From: a virus
Lineage: Duplodnaviria > Heunggongvirae > Uroviricota > Caudoviricetes
Length of the DNA stretch: 61,027 nt
Virus record (IMG/VR): IMGVR_UViG_3300033073_001175
Location: 64,001-125,027 of that record
Strand: one strand, 5' to 3'
The position numbers and the translations under genes are program-made. Shown piece by piece: positions 20,501 through 30,100 of this stretch. The notes beneath the pieces are model-generated. The model was not told the DNA's origin and did no database searches. It saw only the letters and a program-made list of their open reading frames with translations. Position 1 is the first letter of the stretch, and each line of letters begins with the position of its first letter.

Positions 20501-22615
20501 TAAAACATTCATTATTGATGGGTGGTCCACAAGTATCTTCCAACTAAGTGTTCCACTTCGGCTAGTGTTATTATATGTGTAGATAGGTTCAGGTCTACCC
20601 ATGATATTTGTAGGTGTAAAGTTAGGTGAACTTGAATCACTAAAACTCAAATTATAAGGTGGGAACCACATTACTCTACCACCATTAGGACCTTTTTCAC
20701 ATACAGGTAACTCATCATAAGTAAAACCAGGTCTACTTGAAGTTCTCCAAGCAAGATTCTCGATTGAGAACATATATTTTTTAGCGACTAAATCACCTTT
20801 GGCGTTAGGTTGGATGTTTGTTGAGCCAGGATTTTTAAGTGGTGCAATGTTTAAGTTATATGTATTATCGAATACTGAATTTGTAAATCTTCTTCCTGAT
20901 GTAGTAATACCATCTGTTTTTTGTAAATCAGCATAGGTATAGTACGGAGTATCTTTTGTAAACACTCTACAATACTCAGTACCAACTTGGTCTCCTGTTG
21001 TGTTATCTTTATAACTAACAACTTGAGAACCTTTGGTCATTTCCTTATATCCGTCATTAAAAACTTTACTAACTTGATTAATCGCGTTACCAACATGTTT
21101 CAATCTGTTAATACCTGAAACATTATCCGCAGAATCAACAAGTCTTTGTGTTTGGTCTAAAATGGAACTTTGTTTAAAAGTTATATTTGTAGATTCTGAC
21201 TTACTATATTGTGAAGAGATTTGATTAAACTCTTGGTCTAAACTGCCCGTTCCTCCTCCAACTGTGGCTTTAAAACCAGCATCTCCTTTATATTTTGGTG
21301 ATGTCCAAACAAATTGACCGTCTATACCTCCACCATCTGTAGATGATTTACCCGCTAAACCAAAATTTATTCTGTTTTCATTACCTTCATATAAAATACC
21401 TAATTCTGAAGGACCATATACAGGCGCTTGTTCTTGTTTACCAAACGGATTTACGGGTACTTGATTAGGTGGGGATGTAATCGTTGAGGGTTCTGCATTT
21501 CTACTACCAACATAGTAACCACCAACTAAAGTACCATTATTAGGGTCAATTAAATTGACTGCTAAATTTACTAAAGCTTGTCCAATACCTAATACCCCAC
21601 CATAATTTTTGTTATAGTCGGGTTTGTATCTGTTATAATTTATATTAGCAAATAAAACCGACCTTTGTCCATTACCCGTATTCGCTAAAAATATCTCAGA
21701 AGGGTTTCTTGTTTTATTTAGGATTGGTCCTAAAAATCCTCCTGTTAATTGATTAACAACATTTAATGCCGTTGATGTTTGTTGTGACGCCCCCGCATTA
21801 GGTTCGTTTTCATCAAAATAATCACCAGGTATTGGTGATACAGGCCAATAAGCACCTGTCAATCTTGTTGCGAAATCCGCCGCCGCGATTATTGGGTTTT
21901 CAGCAACGGTAATTTTCCAATTTTTATAAACTAAAGGTTCTTGACCTGTAACTATAAGACTCGCTTCAAATGGGTCTGATAAAGATTCTAAATTAACTAA
22001 TCCAACAGTGTTTTGGAATATCTCTGAAGATACTCTTTCTTGGAAGAGATATCTTAATTGTTGAGCACCTAATTTCGCAATAAAAGAGTCCTGAGATAAC
22101 CCAGCAGGATTATTGTTTATTAATATTTCATACGGTGTATAAACAGATGGTGTGAATATTGGTGGGTTCCAATATGGTAAATATATTTTGTTGTTATTTT
22201 GAATGTTATCGATAATAACCATATCTTTGAACCCTCCCTCAGGTCCAAATCTATTCTCAATATAAGCCGCGTCAATATAAAACTCATTAACTAAATCTAA
22301 CACCGTATCATTAGGACTATACTCCCCTTTGTTGGAGTCAATAGGTAGGGGTGGTCCATTATATGTAATGTTTAGATTATACCCCCCTTCAGGTCCATAT
22401 TCATTTAATGGGTATAGTTGTTGTGCAAACGGGTCATTTGATATTAACTCATCAGGTGAGTCAATAACATTAGATACTGTCTGAACTACCTCATAATTAA
22501 GTGGTCCTGATGGTGGTGTGTAAACACCTGGTACATCATAAGGGGCGAGATTTCTCGCCATCAATACATCTCTAAAAGTTGCGGATGATGAAAAAGATAA
22601 AGTACTATCAGACAT
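17528..22615 (-). CDS. Large baseplate/tube-initiator protein with an internal OmpA-C-like domain
   Basis: 1695 aa, between the tape measure and LysM genes; FYFHNDRPD...GSASAPASVDYNVNLSKRRLDSV...RRVKI is OmpA-like; Thr/Pro linker SPTTTTTTATPPPP follows. Confidence 0.7.
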   Translation of the reverse strand: MSDSTLSFSSSATFRDVLMARNLAPYDVPGVYTPPSGPLNYEVVQTVSNVIDSPDELISNDPFAQQLYPLNEYGPEGGYNLNITYNGPPLPIDSNKGEYSPNDTVLDLVNEFYIDAAYIENRFGPEGGFKDMVIIDNIQNNNKIYLPYWNPPIFTPSVYTPYEILINNNPAGLSQDSFIAKLGAQQLRYLFQERVSSEIFQNTVGLVNLESLSDPFEASLIVTGQEPLVYKNWKITVAENPIIAAADFATRLTGAYWPVSPIPGDYFDENEPNAGASQQTSTALNVVNQLTGGFLGPILNKTRNPSEIFLANTGNGQRSVLFANINYNRYKPDYNKNYGGVLGIGQALVNLAVNLIDPNNGTLVGGYYVGSRNAEPSTITSPPNQVPVNPFGKQEQAPVYGPSELGILYEGNENRINFGLAGKSSTDGGGIDGQFVWTSPKYKGDAGFKATVGGGTGSLDQEFNQISSQYSKSESTNITFKQSSILDQTQRLVDSADNVSGINRLKHVGNAINQVSKVFNDGYKEMTKGSQVVSYKDNTTGDQVGTEYCRVFTKDTPYYTYADLQKTDGITTSGRRFTNSVFDNTYNLNIAPLKNPGSTNIQPNAKGDLVAKKYMFSIENLAWRTSSRPGFTYDELPVCEKGPNGGRVMWFPPYNLSFSDSSSPNFTPTNIMGRPEPIYTYNNTSRSGTLSWKILVDHPSIMNVLVEKQLKGQNSERINSIIDSFFAGCVKYDIYELAKKFNTIPTKDLFTYQEILNNPRLTPEELAGINKEIPKENTADGGPNSSGTGNQNTNTDTAVTPDTFASDFEGKYKELGFYFHNDRPDPNSNSTVASQPFNYWYDIYTEPSFIQKYVNNANAIFAAGSESRNVKEFFDTIIIPNFNTIAKNEKNFIVDAYNILKEKKGTIEITMLGSASAPASVDYNVNLSKRRLDSVKKFFREYKIGDANLAKFIDDKTFKITLEEGKGEELVIPKGDLGTGFQVNCTTNIKDKNGNVTDLSQVYSVNAMACRRVKINNIKVTPIASPTTTTTTATPPPPVVEQPRTENIPVSKPKPTVEVIKKLKEGIAKKILRNLLTECDYFELIKEENPMVYNTFKEKIKYFNPTFHSITPEGLNARLTFLNQCVRPGETIPTIGADGKPKYNDAVNTSFGAPPVLVIRVGDFYHTKAIPTGLQIQYEPITFDMNPEGIGIQPMMANITLSFNIIGGMGLAKPVEQLQNALSFNYYANTEIYDERAVATEDTSALDKEVVDAILASEVPATVNNVDTQQTNDGGSTIGTIITNIPVASGQTGEISYADIMDKLLTETKNYFETVVNKLESTNLQYSYPIVSMLSKEPSFYTGDIFLGDQTSNDPGPNGTKKPVEIFGKSNKVEDYISKEFKSCIENIDNGFNPIIDTLLKKYGFVNSQQKLDGVKNNMKEYISNLEKTFTNGVSTIIQDLTLYQQNYIQLIRKINLVTSKTDGKLLDTSLPRVYSLFCTPEQTGKIGDTTVTVLEELSYDYGRLENAMGLFIPLLKDTDKGFRIGFDPNNYIETGNFKLINQGDFEGGSDQQTYANQNFFLIMCRILTDKNKKNEFINYVIKGDVLNIKDPVNLKNKFENIVDDLEKIYKKELVSEEKIYDKLKKNPTYKDLTEGIDEVMYTPKKTRKCSYTTVPNQNTQIVDFQTKEIRDLYKSVNVDNDDKTYIGKVKFSKT

Positions 22616-22657
22616 TTATTGTTTTTTTATATAAATAGATATTATATTATTTTTTTA

Positions 22658-24598
22658 TTAGGTATTATACATACCCATAGCATTATTTACTATCGATTTA
22701 CTTTTATTGTTTGGGTTATTCGGTGAAGCTCCTCCTCCTGAGGAATAAGCTTCTTGTGTCGCATTTACGATAGCTTGTTGTATTCTAATGTCGTTTTTAA
22801 ACATTGCAAGTAATTGACTAGTATCAATGTTTGGTGGTGCCGACACATTTAAATCTACTTTTACATTTAACTCTGTAGGAGTATTGTTTTGTGTTTGGTT
22901 ATTTCCTTCTAAATTAGTACCTCCTGCCATAACTAATTTGTCTTCAGGTAATGTTTTAATATAAAAGTCGTTAACTTTAATTGTTGACGTATCGGTGGTA
23001 ACACTTTCAGGTTTTTTACCTTCAGGAGCAATATTAATACCCAAATTTGATAACTTCTCGTGTTCTTGTATATACTTAGCCGCCGCGTCATATGACGCTT
23101 TAAGTGTTTCTGCAAACATATTACCACTTTTAGAGAATTTATCCATTTCATCTTTCGCGTTTGTAATCGCAATTGTAAAGTTATCTTTTAACGCAGTTGT
23201 AATACCTCCTACAGAAGTGGTTGCGGTCTTTAAAACATCACTTAATGACCCTTCTCCTGACATTGCCTTATTAATAGCATCAAGATTTTCCATTAATACT
23301 TTATCGGTTCCTTTTCTAAAATCTTGGGATTCTCCTTGAATATCTCTTATTCCTCCCGCAACAACTTTAGCACCTGTTCTTAAACCTTGTAATACATCAC
23401 CAGCACCTTTACTTCCTGCCAGTCCGTAACCCGCTCTATTCATACTTTCTAACTCAGCCTTAATTGAGTCCAATGTACTTAATTGTGATTCGGCAATTTC
23501 TTCCATAGTTTTTGGAGCCTCAGCCTGAGTTTTAGTAATCGCTTCAATATCTTCTTTCTTTAATTCCGTTACATTTTTTTCTTGAGTAATACCTTTTTCA
23601 TCTTTAAATTTAATTGTATATTGACCGTCTTTCATTTCGGCCATATTCGCTATCATTTTTTGAGTGTCTTCATCAGCACCAAGGTCGGTTGGGAATGTGA
23701 TTTTACTTAGTTTGTCTTCAAGTTCTGCCCCTGATAAAGCCATTTTTGTAAGTTTCTCATAAGGTATACCCATAGCGTCAGCTAATTCCATCATTTGTCT
23801 CTTACCTCCAGGAGCAATTTCAAACTTACCTGACTCTTCATTAAACTGAGTGAATTGTTTACCTAATTCAGCCACTTGATTCATTAACTCGCCAGGGTCA
23901 TTTTGAGCTAAATCCATTAATCTTAATGGGTCTAATAAATCAGACTGTTGAGCACCTAACATTTGCATTTTAGCCGCTAACTGTATCGCTTGGTCAGGTT
24001 GGAACGCTTTGTCCATCAAACCTTTCATATCTGCGACATTAACTCTTAAGTTAACTGCTTGAGCAGCCATTTTAGCTAAACCTTCAACCCCTCCTTGGAA
24101 ATTATATTTATTCATTAAATCCATATTAGATAGGACTTGGTCAGAGACCGCTTTACCATTAACTCCAATATCTCTAGCCGATTGTAATACAACTTCCATA
24201 TTTTTAGCGATGTCGTAAGTACCCGTACCTATATCTTTAAATTTTTCAACTAATGTGTCAGCTCCTACACCTGTCGCTTTAGTTGTTGCGAACAAGTCTT
24301 TCATTCCATCAGCGGTTAAGGTTACATTCCTACCTAAATTAGTGTATGCGGATTCTTGCATTTTAACAACATCAGCGAAACTACCCCCAAGTCTTTTAAT
24401 ATCTGAAGCCGCGTCCGCAAGACCCGCCCTCATTAAATCAATATTTTGAGCACCTAACGCAAAGTCTTGTGCCATTTTATATGCGGCGTTTTCTACCTCA
24501 AGAATAGTATCCTTAAGACCTTTCATTGTGGTCATTTGAGCCATAACTTCCTTAAAGTTTCCAATTAAACCTCCGTCTTTACCATCACCTGTTGCCAT
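22658..24598 (-). CDS. Tape measure protein-like
   Basis: 646 aa, helical A/M/Q/K-rich composition; canonical position after the tail chaperone gene. Confidence 0.75.
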   Translation of the reverse strand: MATGDGKDGGLIGNFKEVMAQMTTMKGLKDTILEVENAAYKMAQDFALGAQNIDLMRAGLADAASDIKRLGGSFADVVKMQESAYTNLGRNVTLTADGMKDLFATTKATGVGADTLVEKFKDIGTGTYDIAKNMEVVLQSARDIGVNGKAVSDQVLSNMDLMNKYNFQGGVEGLAKMAAQAVNLRVNVADMKGLMDKAFQPDQAIQLAAKMQMLGAQQSDLLDPLRLMDLAQNDPGELMNQVAELGKQFTQFNEESGKFEIAPGGKRQMMELADAMGIPYEKLTKMALSGAELEDKLSKITFPTDLGADEDTQKMIANMAEMKDGQYTIKFKDEKGITQEKNVTELKKEDIEAITKTQAEAPKTMEEIAESQLSTLDSIKAELESMNRAGYGLAGSKGAGDVLQGLRTGAKVVAGGIRDIQGESQDFRKGTDKVLMENLDAINKAMSGEGSLSDVLKTATTSVGGITTALKDNFTIAITNAKDEMDKFSKSGNMFAETLKASYDAAAKYIQEHEKLSNLGINIAPEGKKPESVTTDTSTIKVNDFYIKTLPEDKLVMAGGTNLEGNNQTQNNTPTELNVKVDLNVSAPPNIDTSQLLAMFKNDIRIQQAIVNATQEAYSSGGGASPNNPNNKSKSIVNNAMGMYNT

Positions 24599-24609
24599 GT
24601 ATTATAGTT

Positions 24610-24621
24610 TATTTATAAATA
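24610..24621. promoter_or_regulatory. Putative phage-specific promoter box (palindromic TATTTATAAATA)
   Basis: Upstream of the tape measure ATG (24598). Confidence 0.55.
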
Positions 24622-24634
24622 GTGATTAGGTTAA

Positions 24635-24797
24635 TTATTTTTTAGGTGTGTTAGCATCGATGATTTTGTCAATAAGATACCTTCTCATATAAGAGGGCAT
24701 ATTATTAAAGTCGGTATAAGAAGTTCTTAAAAACCGAGCCATGATATAATATTCGTCAATTAAATGTAATCTGTAATTAGAAGAAAGGCCGAAAAAA
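24635..24797 (-). CDS. gp51/gpT-like C-terminal extension of the tail chaperone (probably by +1 frameshift; an internal ATG at 24742 gives 35 aa)
   Basis: Unlisted frame reads FFGLSSNYRLHLIDEYYIMARFLRTSYTDFNNMPSYMRRYLIDKIIDANTPKK*, with the S..D...MP...R pattern of gp51/gpT-type C-termini; overlaps the end of the upstream gene. Confidence 0.7.
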
Positions 24798-25535
24798 TTC
24801 AACCCCAAAGGCAATCTCGAAAGATACCAATTCTCCAGACGGGGCTTGTACAGTTTGTTTAAGGTCTAATGACGGTTGGTTTTCTTTTAGGAAATTTCTA
24901 ATATATTTTGAGTCCATGATTGGCATAGTCTCGATAAATTTTGAGATTTGTTCTCTGTCTTGGGAACCGTTTAATTCAACAATTTGTTTATTTAATCTCC
25001 AAGTAATTTTAGGTGGTGTAATATTCTGAGGATATTGGTCTGCCATTTTATCTAACTCTATTAATTCAGAGTAAGTTAATACTCTTAATTTAACAACCGC
25101 CTCACTTTTAGGTAATTTTGTCACAAACAATCCATTTTCGTCAGGTAAATGTGTTGGTTTTTTTATATTTAACTCATCTAATATAATTGTCGAGCTAAAT
25201 TGTTTACCTGTTACAGGGTCAGTTAACGTTATAGTATATTCAGGACCAAATGATGTATTTCTTAAGAAAATTAAAATTGCTTCAACATCCCCCTCAAGTA
25301 ATTCTTCAGGTCGTAAATCATGTTCATATACTTTGTTTCTTAATAAAGTTAGTACAATATTACCTGACCCTCCTTTGAATGTATTTATTATGAAGTTTTC
25401 GTCACTTGCAGTTAAGTAACCAACTTTAACTGATTTCTTTTTTGATTTGTAGAAAAGTCCTTTAGAAGGTAGTTCCACCACATCGTGAGGTAAATTAAAA
25501 TTTTCTTGACCTACAGTATAAGCATTTTGTTCCAT
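24777..25535 (-). CDS. Tail assembly chaperone/baseplate hub assembly protein, T4 gp26-like
   Basis: VVELPSKGLFY, VGYLTASDEN, LLEGDVEAILIFLRNTSFGPEY, ending FGVEFFRPFF; between the tube and tape measure genes. Confidence 0.85.
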   Translation of the reverse strand: MEQNAYTVGQENFNLPHDVVELPSKGLFYKSKKKSVKVGYLTASDENFIINTFKGGSGNIVLTLLRNKVYEHDLRPEELLEGDVEAILIFLRNTSFGPEYTITLTDPVTGKQFSSTIILDELNIKKPTHLPDENGLFVTKLPKSEAVVKLRVLTYSELIELDKMADQYPQNITPPKITWRLNKQIVELNGSQDREQISKFIETMPIMDSKYIRNFLKENQPSLDLKQTVQAPSGELVSFEIAFGVEFFRPFF

Positions 25536-25580
25536 ATTATTATCTTTTACTATAAAATATAAGACACATCAGTTTTTTAT

Positions 25581-25614
25581 AAACAAAAAATCCCACATAA
25601 ACAAATATGTGGGA
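25581..25614 (-). terminator. Intrinsic terminator after the tail tube gene
   Basis: 9-bp stem TCCCACATA/TATGTGGGA (25591-25614), 6-nt loop, TTTTTTGTTT tail on the minus strand. Confidence 0.8.
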
Positions 25615-25638
25615 CAAAAATATGATATTATTTTTAAA

Positions 25639-26127
25639 TTAGTATACAAGAATACATCTGTCAGGTCTTAAAGTGGCCGTAATAGATGCAATTGCGTCAG
25701 AGTTATAAGCCAATGAATCAAAGTTAACATCAGATAACCAAGTACCTTCCATAATCCATTTCTCAACCACAACTCCTGTTGGGTCTAACATTTCAAGGTC
25801 AACATTCTTTTTGTAACCTGCCGCGTAACCCATACGACCTGTTACAGACTCAGCACATAAACGTACCCATTCCATTAACGCTTGAGACGCTGAAGGTCCA
25901 ATAGGGTCACGGAATTTAACGTTAATAGTACCCCAAGTGAAACGTCCTGCTACATAGGTAGATGTATTAAGGAATTGAATCTCAACTGGGTTAACTGTTA
26001 TATGTGGTCTTGATGCAGTTTCTACGAACCATTCGTTAATACCCAAAGTTGATGGGAAACGAAGAATGAACCTGTTTTGTCTTTTTGGTTCATAAGGTAT
26101 CGGCATTTTCATTAATAAATCAGCCAT
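25639..26127 (-). CDS. Tail tube protein, gp19-like
   Basis: EPKRQNRFILRF, AGRFTWGTINVKFRD, ALMEW, YKKNVDLEMLDPTGVVVEKWIMEGTW, I.ATLR.DRC. Confidence 0.93.
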   Translation of the reverse strand: MADLLMKMPIPYEPKRQNRFILRFPSTLGINEWFVETASRPHITVNPVEIQFLNTSTYVAGRFTWGTINVKFRDPIGPSASQALMEWVRLCAESVTGRMGYAAGYKKNVDLEMLDPTGVVVEKWIMEGTWLSDVNFDSLAYNSDAIASITATLRPDRCILVY

Positions 26128-26164
26128 TGTATTTTCTTTTTAATTTTTTGTTTATTTGTTTTTT

Positions 26165-26176
26165 TATTTATAAATA
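26165..26176. promoter_or_regulatory. Putative phage-specific promoter box (palindromic TATTTATAAATA)
   Basis: Upstream of the tail tube gene, same GATATTTATAAATAAAA context as the 10477 copy. Confidence 0.55.
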
Positions 26177-26242
26177 TCGTCAGTTAATTTTTTTCTCTTT
26201 ACTTTCATTTTTTTTTATCTAAATCTTAACTAGAACTTCCAG

Positions 26243-27064
26243 TTAATATAACTTTTTAATTCCTCCTGCAGTTGAATAAGTCTTTAACATAGGTTCATCT
26301 TCGAAATGACTTTTCATCTTTTCTACGTTTCTTATATCATCATCAGAAAAACCAATACTAGGTAATTTAAAGTTATTAGATACTTTGTTCTTTAAAAATG
26401 CCTTTTTGTTAATATGTTCTGAAACATTTTTAATATGTTGGATGAACTCTTTCATCGCTTTTATTTTCCCTTCTTCAGGATTGGTTGCCGAACCTTCACC
26501 ATAACTTACAGGGTAAAATCTACATAAGTCCAAGTAATCATCAATTAACTCTTTAGTCGACATATTTTCTTCATCCGCCAAGTCCCTATATTTTTTAAGG
26601 TTTTTAATTAATTCTTTAGAATTTAAACCGTTCTTATTTGAAGCAATTAAATTATATACCGAATCTCTAAGGACTTTAGGTGTGTGTCCTCTAGCAGTGA
26701 TTATTGAAAAGATTGAGCCATTGTTAATTGCTTCTACAAAGTCACCCCATGCAGGACCTGGTTTTGCAATCATTGAGTCGACTATAAATTGTTTGTCTCC
26801 TGTAACTCCAAAATATCTAAAAGGATTTTCTGCAAAACCAACAATTTTATGACCCTCATAATCAAACGGTTCGTTACCTATTTGGGTTCTATATTCTGCA
26901 AAGTCTTCAGTTGACATACCGACTTCTTTATCGTTGTCATCTTTTAAAATAATCTTAGTTGGCATTGTCATAATATTATCGTCCCAATCGAACGCATAAT
27001 ATTTCATATCAGGTGTTCCTGTTTCATCAATCCCCTCTACAATGTATCGTCTATTTCTATTCAT
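26243..27064 (-). CDS. HAD-superfamily phosphatase-like protein
   Basis: Motif I FDWDDN, motif II ITARG, motif III EEGKIK, motif IV FSDDD. Confidence 0.75.
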   Translation of the reverse strand: MNRNRRYIVEGIDETGTPDMKYYAFDWDDNIMTMPTKIILKDDNDKEVGMSTEDFAEYRTQIGNEPFDYEGHKIVGFAENPFRYFGVTGDKQFIVDSMIAKPGPAWGDFVEAINNGSIFSIITARGHTPKVLRDSVYNLIASNKNGLNSKELIKNLKKYRDLADEENMSTKELIDDYLDLCRFYPVSYGEGSATNPEEGKIKAMKEFIQHIKNVSEHINKKAFLKNKVSNNFKLPSIGFSDDDIRNVEKMKSHFEDEPMLKTYSTAGGIKKLY

Positions 27065-27072
27065 ATTATATT

Positions 27073-27112
27073 AATAAATAATGGTGAGCCGATTTTTTTA
27101 TCGACCCACCAT
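27073..27112 (-). terminator. Intrinsic terminator after the sheath gene
   Basis: Minus-strand 13-bp stem AUGGUGGGUCGAU/AUCGGCUCACCAU with two G-U pairs (which fixes the strand), followed by UAUUUAUU overlapping a TATTTAT box. Confidence 0.8.
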
Positions 27113-27121
27113 ATTTTTTTA

Positions 27122-30100
27122 TTAGATATTGTCAAACGAAGCTCCTGTTGGAGTTATATAGAATGTAATATCTATGAATTCTAAAGATTTTGTTGGTTTG
27201 ATATAAATCTTACCAGTTAATTGGTTTCTATCTAAGTCAGATGTATCTGAAGAAACTGTTACACGGAAATCGTATAAACCTCTGTCTCTTCTAATTGCAT
27301 CTAAGATAGGGTTAACCGCATCTAAGAAATCTTGTCTAACTTTCTCATCGTTTTGTTCGAATAATAATCTTACAGAAACCGCTGATATTAATTTACGAGC
27401 TTGTAATAATAATCTTCTAACGTTAATTCTGTCAAGAGCGGATTCTCTAATTTGTAAAGTTTTATTACCCCAAATTACTGTACCAACATCTGAGAAAGTT
27501 GCAATTGGGTTAATTCTACCTTTATAAAGAATATCTCTATCTTCTTGTGTTAGTTTCTTTCTCGCTTTAACCGCATTTACGATACCACGAGTGTAACCCG
27601 CCGCAGCGAACCAAGGGAATGCGATATTATCTGTTAACGCCAAGTTTCTTGTCACCTCAGCCGTTGCTGGGATGTAGATTTGAGTGTTATTAACTGTATC
27701 TCTTGTTAGTACCCAAGGGTAATATGTTGCGGTGTAGTTAGAGTCGATACCTGCCTCTTCAAGATTATCAGAAGCTTCTTGTGGGTAAATAAAGTCTAAT
27801 TGGTCTCCTGTAGAAGGTACGAACATATTATAGTCAGGTGTTGTACAGATATAAATTGAATCTGCTCTGTCGTTCTCAATCATATCAACCGCATCACCGA
27901 CTAAGTTTGAGTTGTTTACGTAGTCGATACCAGGTGTAACAAATACGTTGATATTAACCGCTTCAGGATTTGCAAATGTTTTTTGTCCTAATAAGTAAGC
28001 GTAATAATCAGTATTCGCCCAATCCTGAGTGTTGTCACCAACTGTAATTTGTTTAAACGCTCCCCAACCCGTTGCTGAAGGGTATTTAAATGATGGACAC
28101 GCTCCTTTTCTATAGCCTGTTTGACCTAATACAAATCTATCACTATTTGTTCTAAATTCTCTATAGATATCCCATCCGTCAAAACCTCCTGAACACAAGA
28201 AACTGAATTTACGAGCGAATAATCTGTAGTATGGGTTAGAAGAATCTTGAGGGTCCTCAACAAATGGTGCTGAACCTACATAGAATGCTGGTGTTCCACT
28301 TGTTACAAATGTATTACTGATAGTAATCGCAGATGCGTTTACGTCCATGTGGAAACCTCTTGTTTTGTAGAACCAATCATCTCCACTTACATCAGTACAT
28401 ATATCTAATGGAAGTTGTTTACCTTTATACGCGTAAAAATCAACGTCAAAACCAACGGTATCTGATATACCTAAGTAAGTTCTTCTAACGTTATCACCTG
28501 CACTTCTTACGATATCGTCTGCTCCTGATGATAACCCAAATGGTGGATTATAAACTACTTCACCAGGGAAGTCATATTTAGTTTTATATATTGGGAATGG
28601 AGGTCTCACGCCTGCATATTCTCTGAATGTATAACCTTGGAAACCACAAGGTAAAGCATCTACAGGAGCGTCTTCATTAATCTCAACCATTACAAATTTA
28701 GAATTTAATGCGTATTCTCCATCAGCAGTACCAATCTTTTTAGCTATAAAGTTATTTTGATTTGGGTCCATTGAACAATTTGTAAACTTCTCAAGTACTG
28801 TCGGTGCAGCATCTGAATCGAAGAAGTCTCTAACTAATACGTCAAATGTTCCATTACCGAATGAAATGTTTGCAATAGATATTTTAACTTCAATATTTGC
28901 AGAATCCCCATCAGCAATTGTTGTAAATTTAAATAAGTTGTAAACTTTATTACCTCTTAATTCAGAAACAACCCATGGTGATACAGGTGATTGGTATTTT
29001 TCTAAGTACCAAGCAATTGACGTTGGGTCGTTACCTTGTCTAGCATTTGGTAAAGCAGTTAATTCACAATTTAAACCTCTGATATAACCTTTTCTCCAAC
29101 CATAGTTTAAAAGTGCTTGGAATCGTTCCTCAACAAATAAAGGAACAACGTCTTTTGGTTTTGCAAAGTTTGATGAACCAAATACTTTAGAAATATATTT
29201 TGTGTCTGAATTAGACATTGATGTTTCGAAGAAATATTTTTCACCATCTTTATTTGTAACATTTAAACCGAATGTTGAATATGGGTTTTTAGTAACGCCT
29301 GAATATTCATTTCCACAAACCATTTCTACATCAGTTAAACCTGATACTTCATATACCGCGCCGTCATCAGTTCCATAAGTTGCTAAACCTCTAGAACGTA
29401 AAGTTGCGATTACTAAGTCATCATAATCAGTATAAGCAGTTCCTGAGAAAATATAAACTCGACCGATTAATTTACCTGTGTAACAATTTACAGGTGCTGC
29501 AGTTGTTGTAGTTGTTGTTGAAGTAGGTGTCGGTGTAACACAAGGGTTAGTTGTTGTAGTTGTTGTAGTTGGTGCAATTGTAGTTGTAGTTGTTACAGGA
29601 ATTAAAGTTAAGTCAGTAACAATACTCCAAAATGAAAATCCACTATAAACCGCATTTCCAACGTTATCAAATGTTGCGTAATACCAAGGGTCATTTACAG
29701 ATGCTGAGTAGTTAACTTGGGTTGAACTAACATTGTCAACACCAAATACGTTAGTCTCAGCAGTGAATATTGGTGATAACGTATCATAAGTTTCTCCCGA
29801 AATAACTCCATAATAATTAATTGAAGTTGTTTCAAGGGTATTGTCGTTTAAAATGTCAAATATTTGACTAGTCATATCGGCATAAATTGTCGATGTACTA
29901 CCATCAAATTTCTCATATGATAAATTCATTTTAGCAGCAATTTCATCAGGGATTTGTGAAGGTGTTACGAAAGTAATACTATCAACACTATTTGTACAAC
30001 CTGTAAAGTCGATTGAGTAATCGATAGTTAAATAATCGTTACAAGCTGGTTCACAATTCTCAATGATAGGACTTTCACAATAAAAGTTTACGGTTAACGG

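Noticed and set aside
26226-26246. Weak inverted repeat TTAACTGGAAGTTCTAGTTAA after the HAD gene
   Set aside because: AT-rich stem overlapping the stop codon with no U-tract; too weak to call a terminator.
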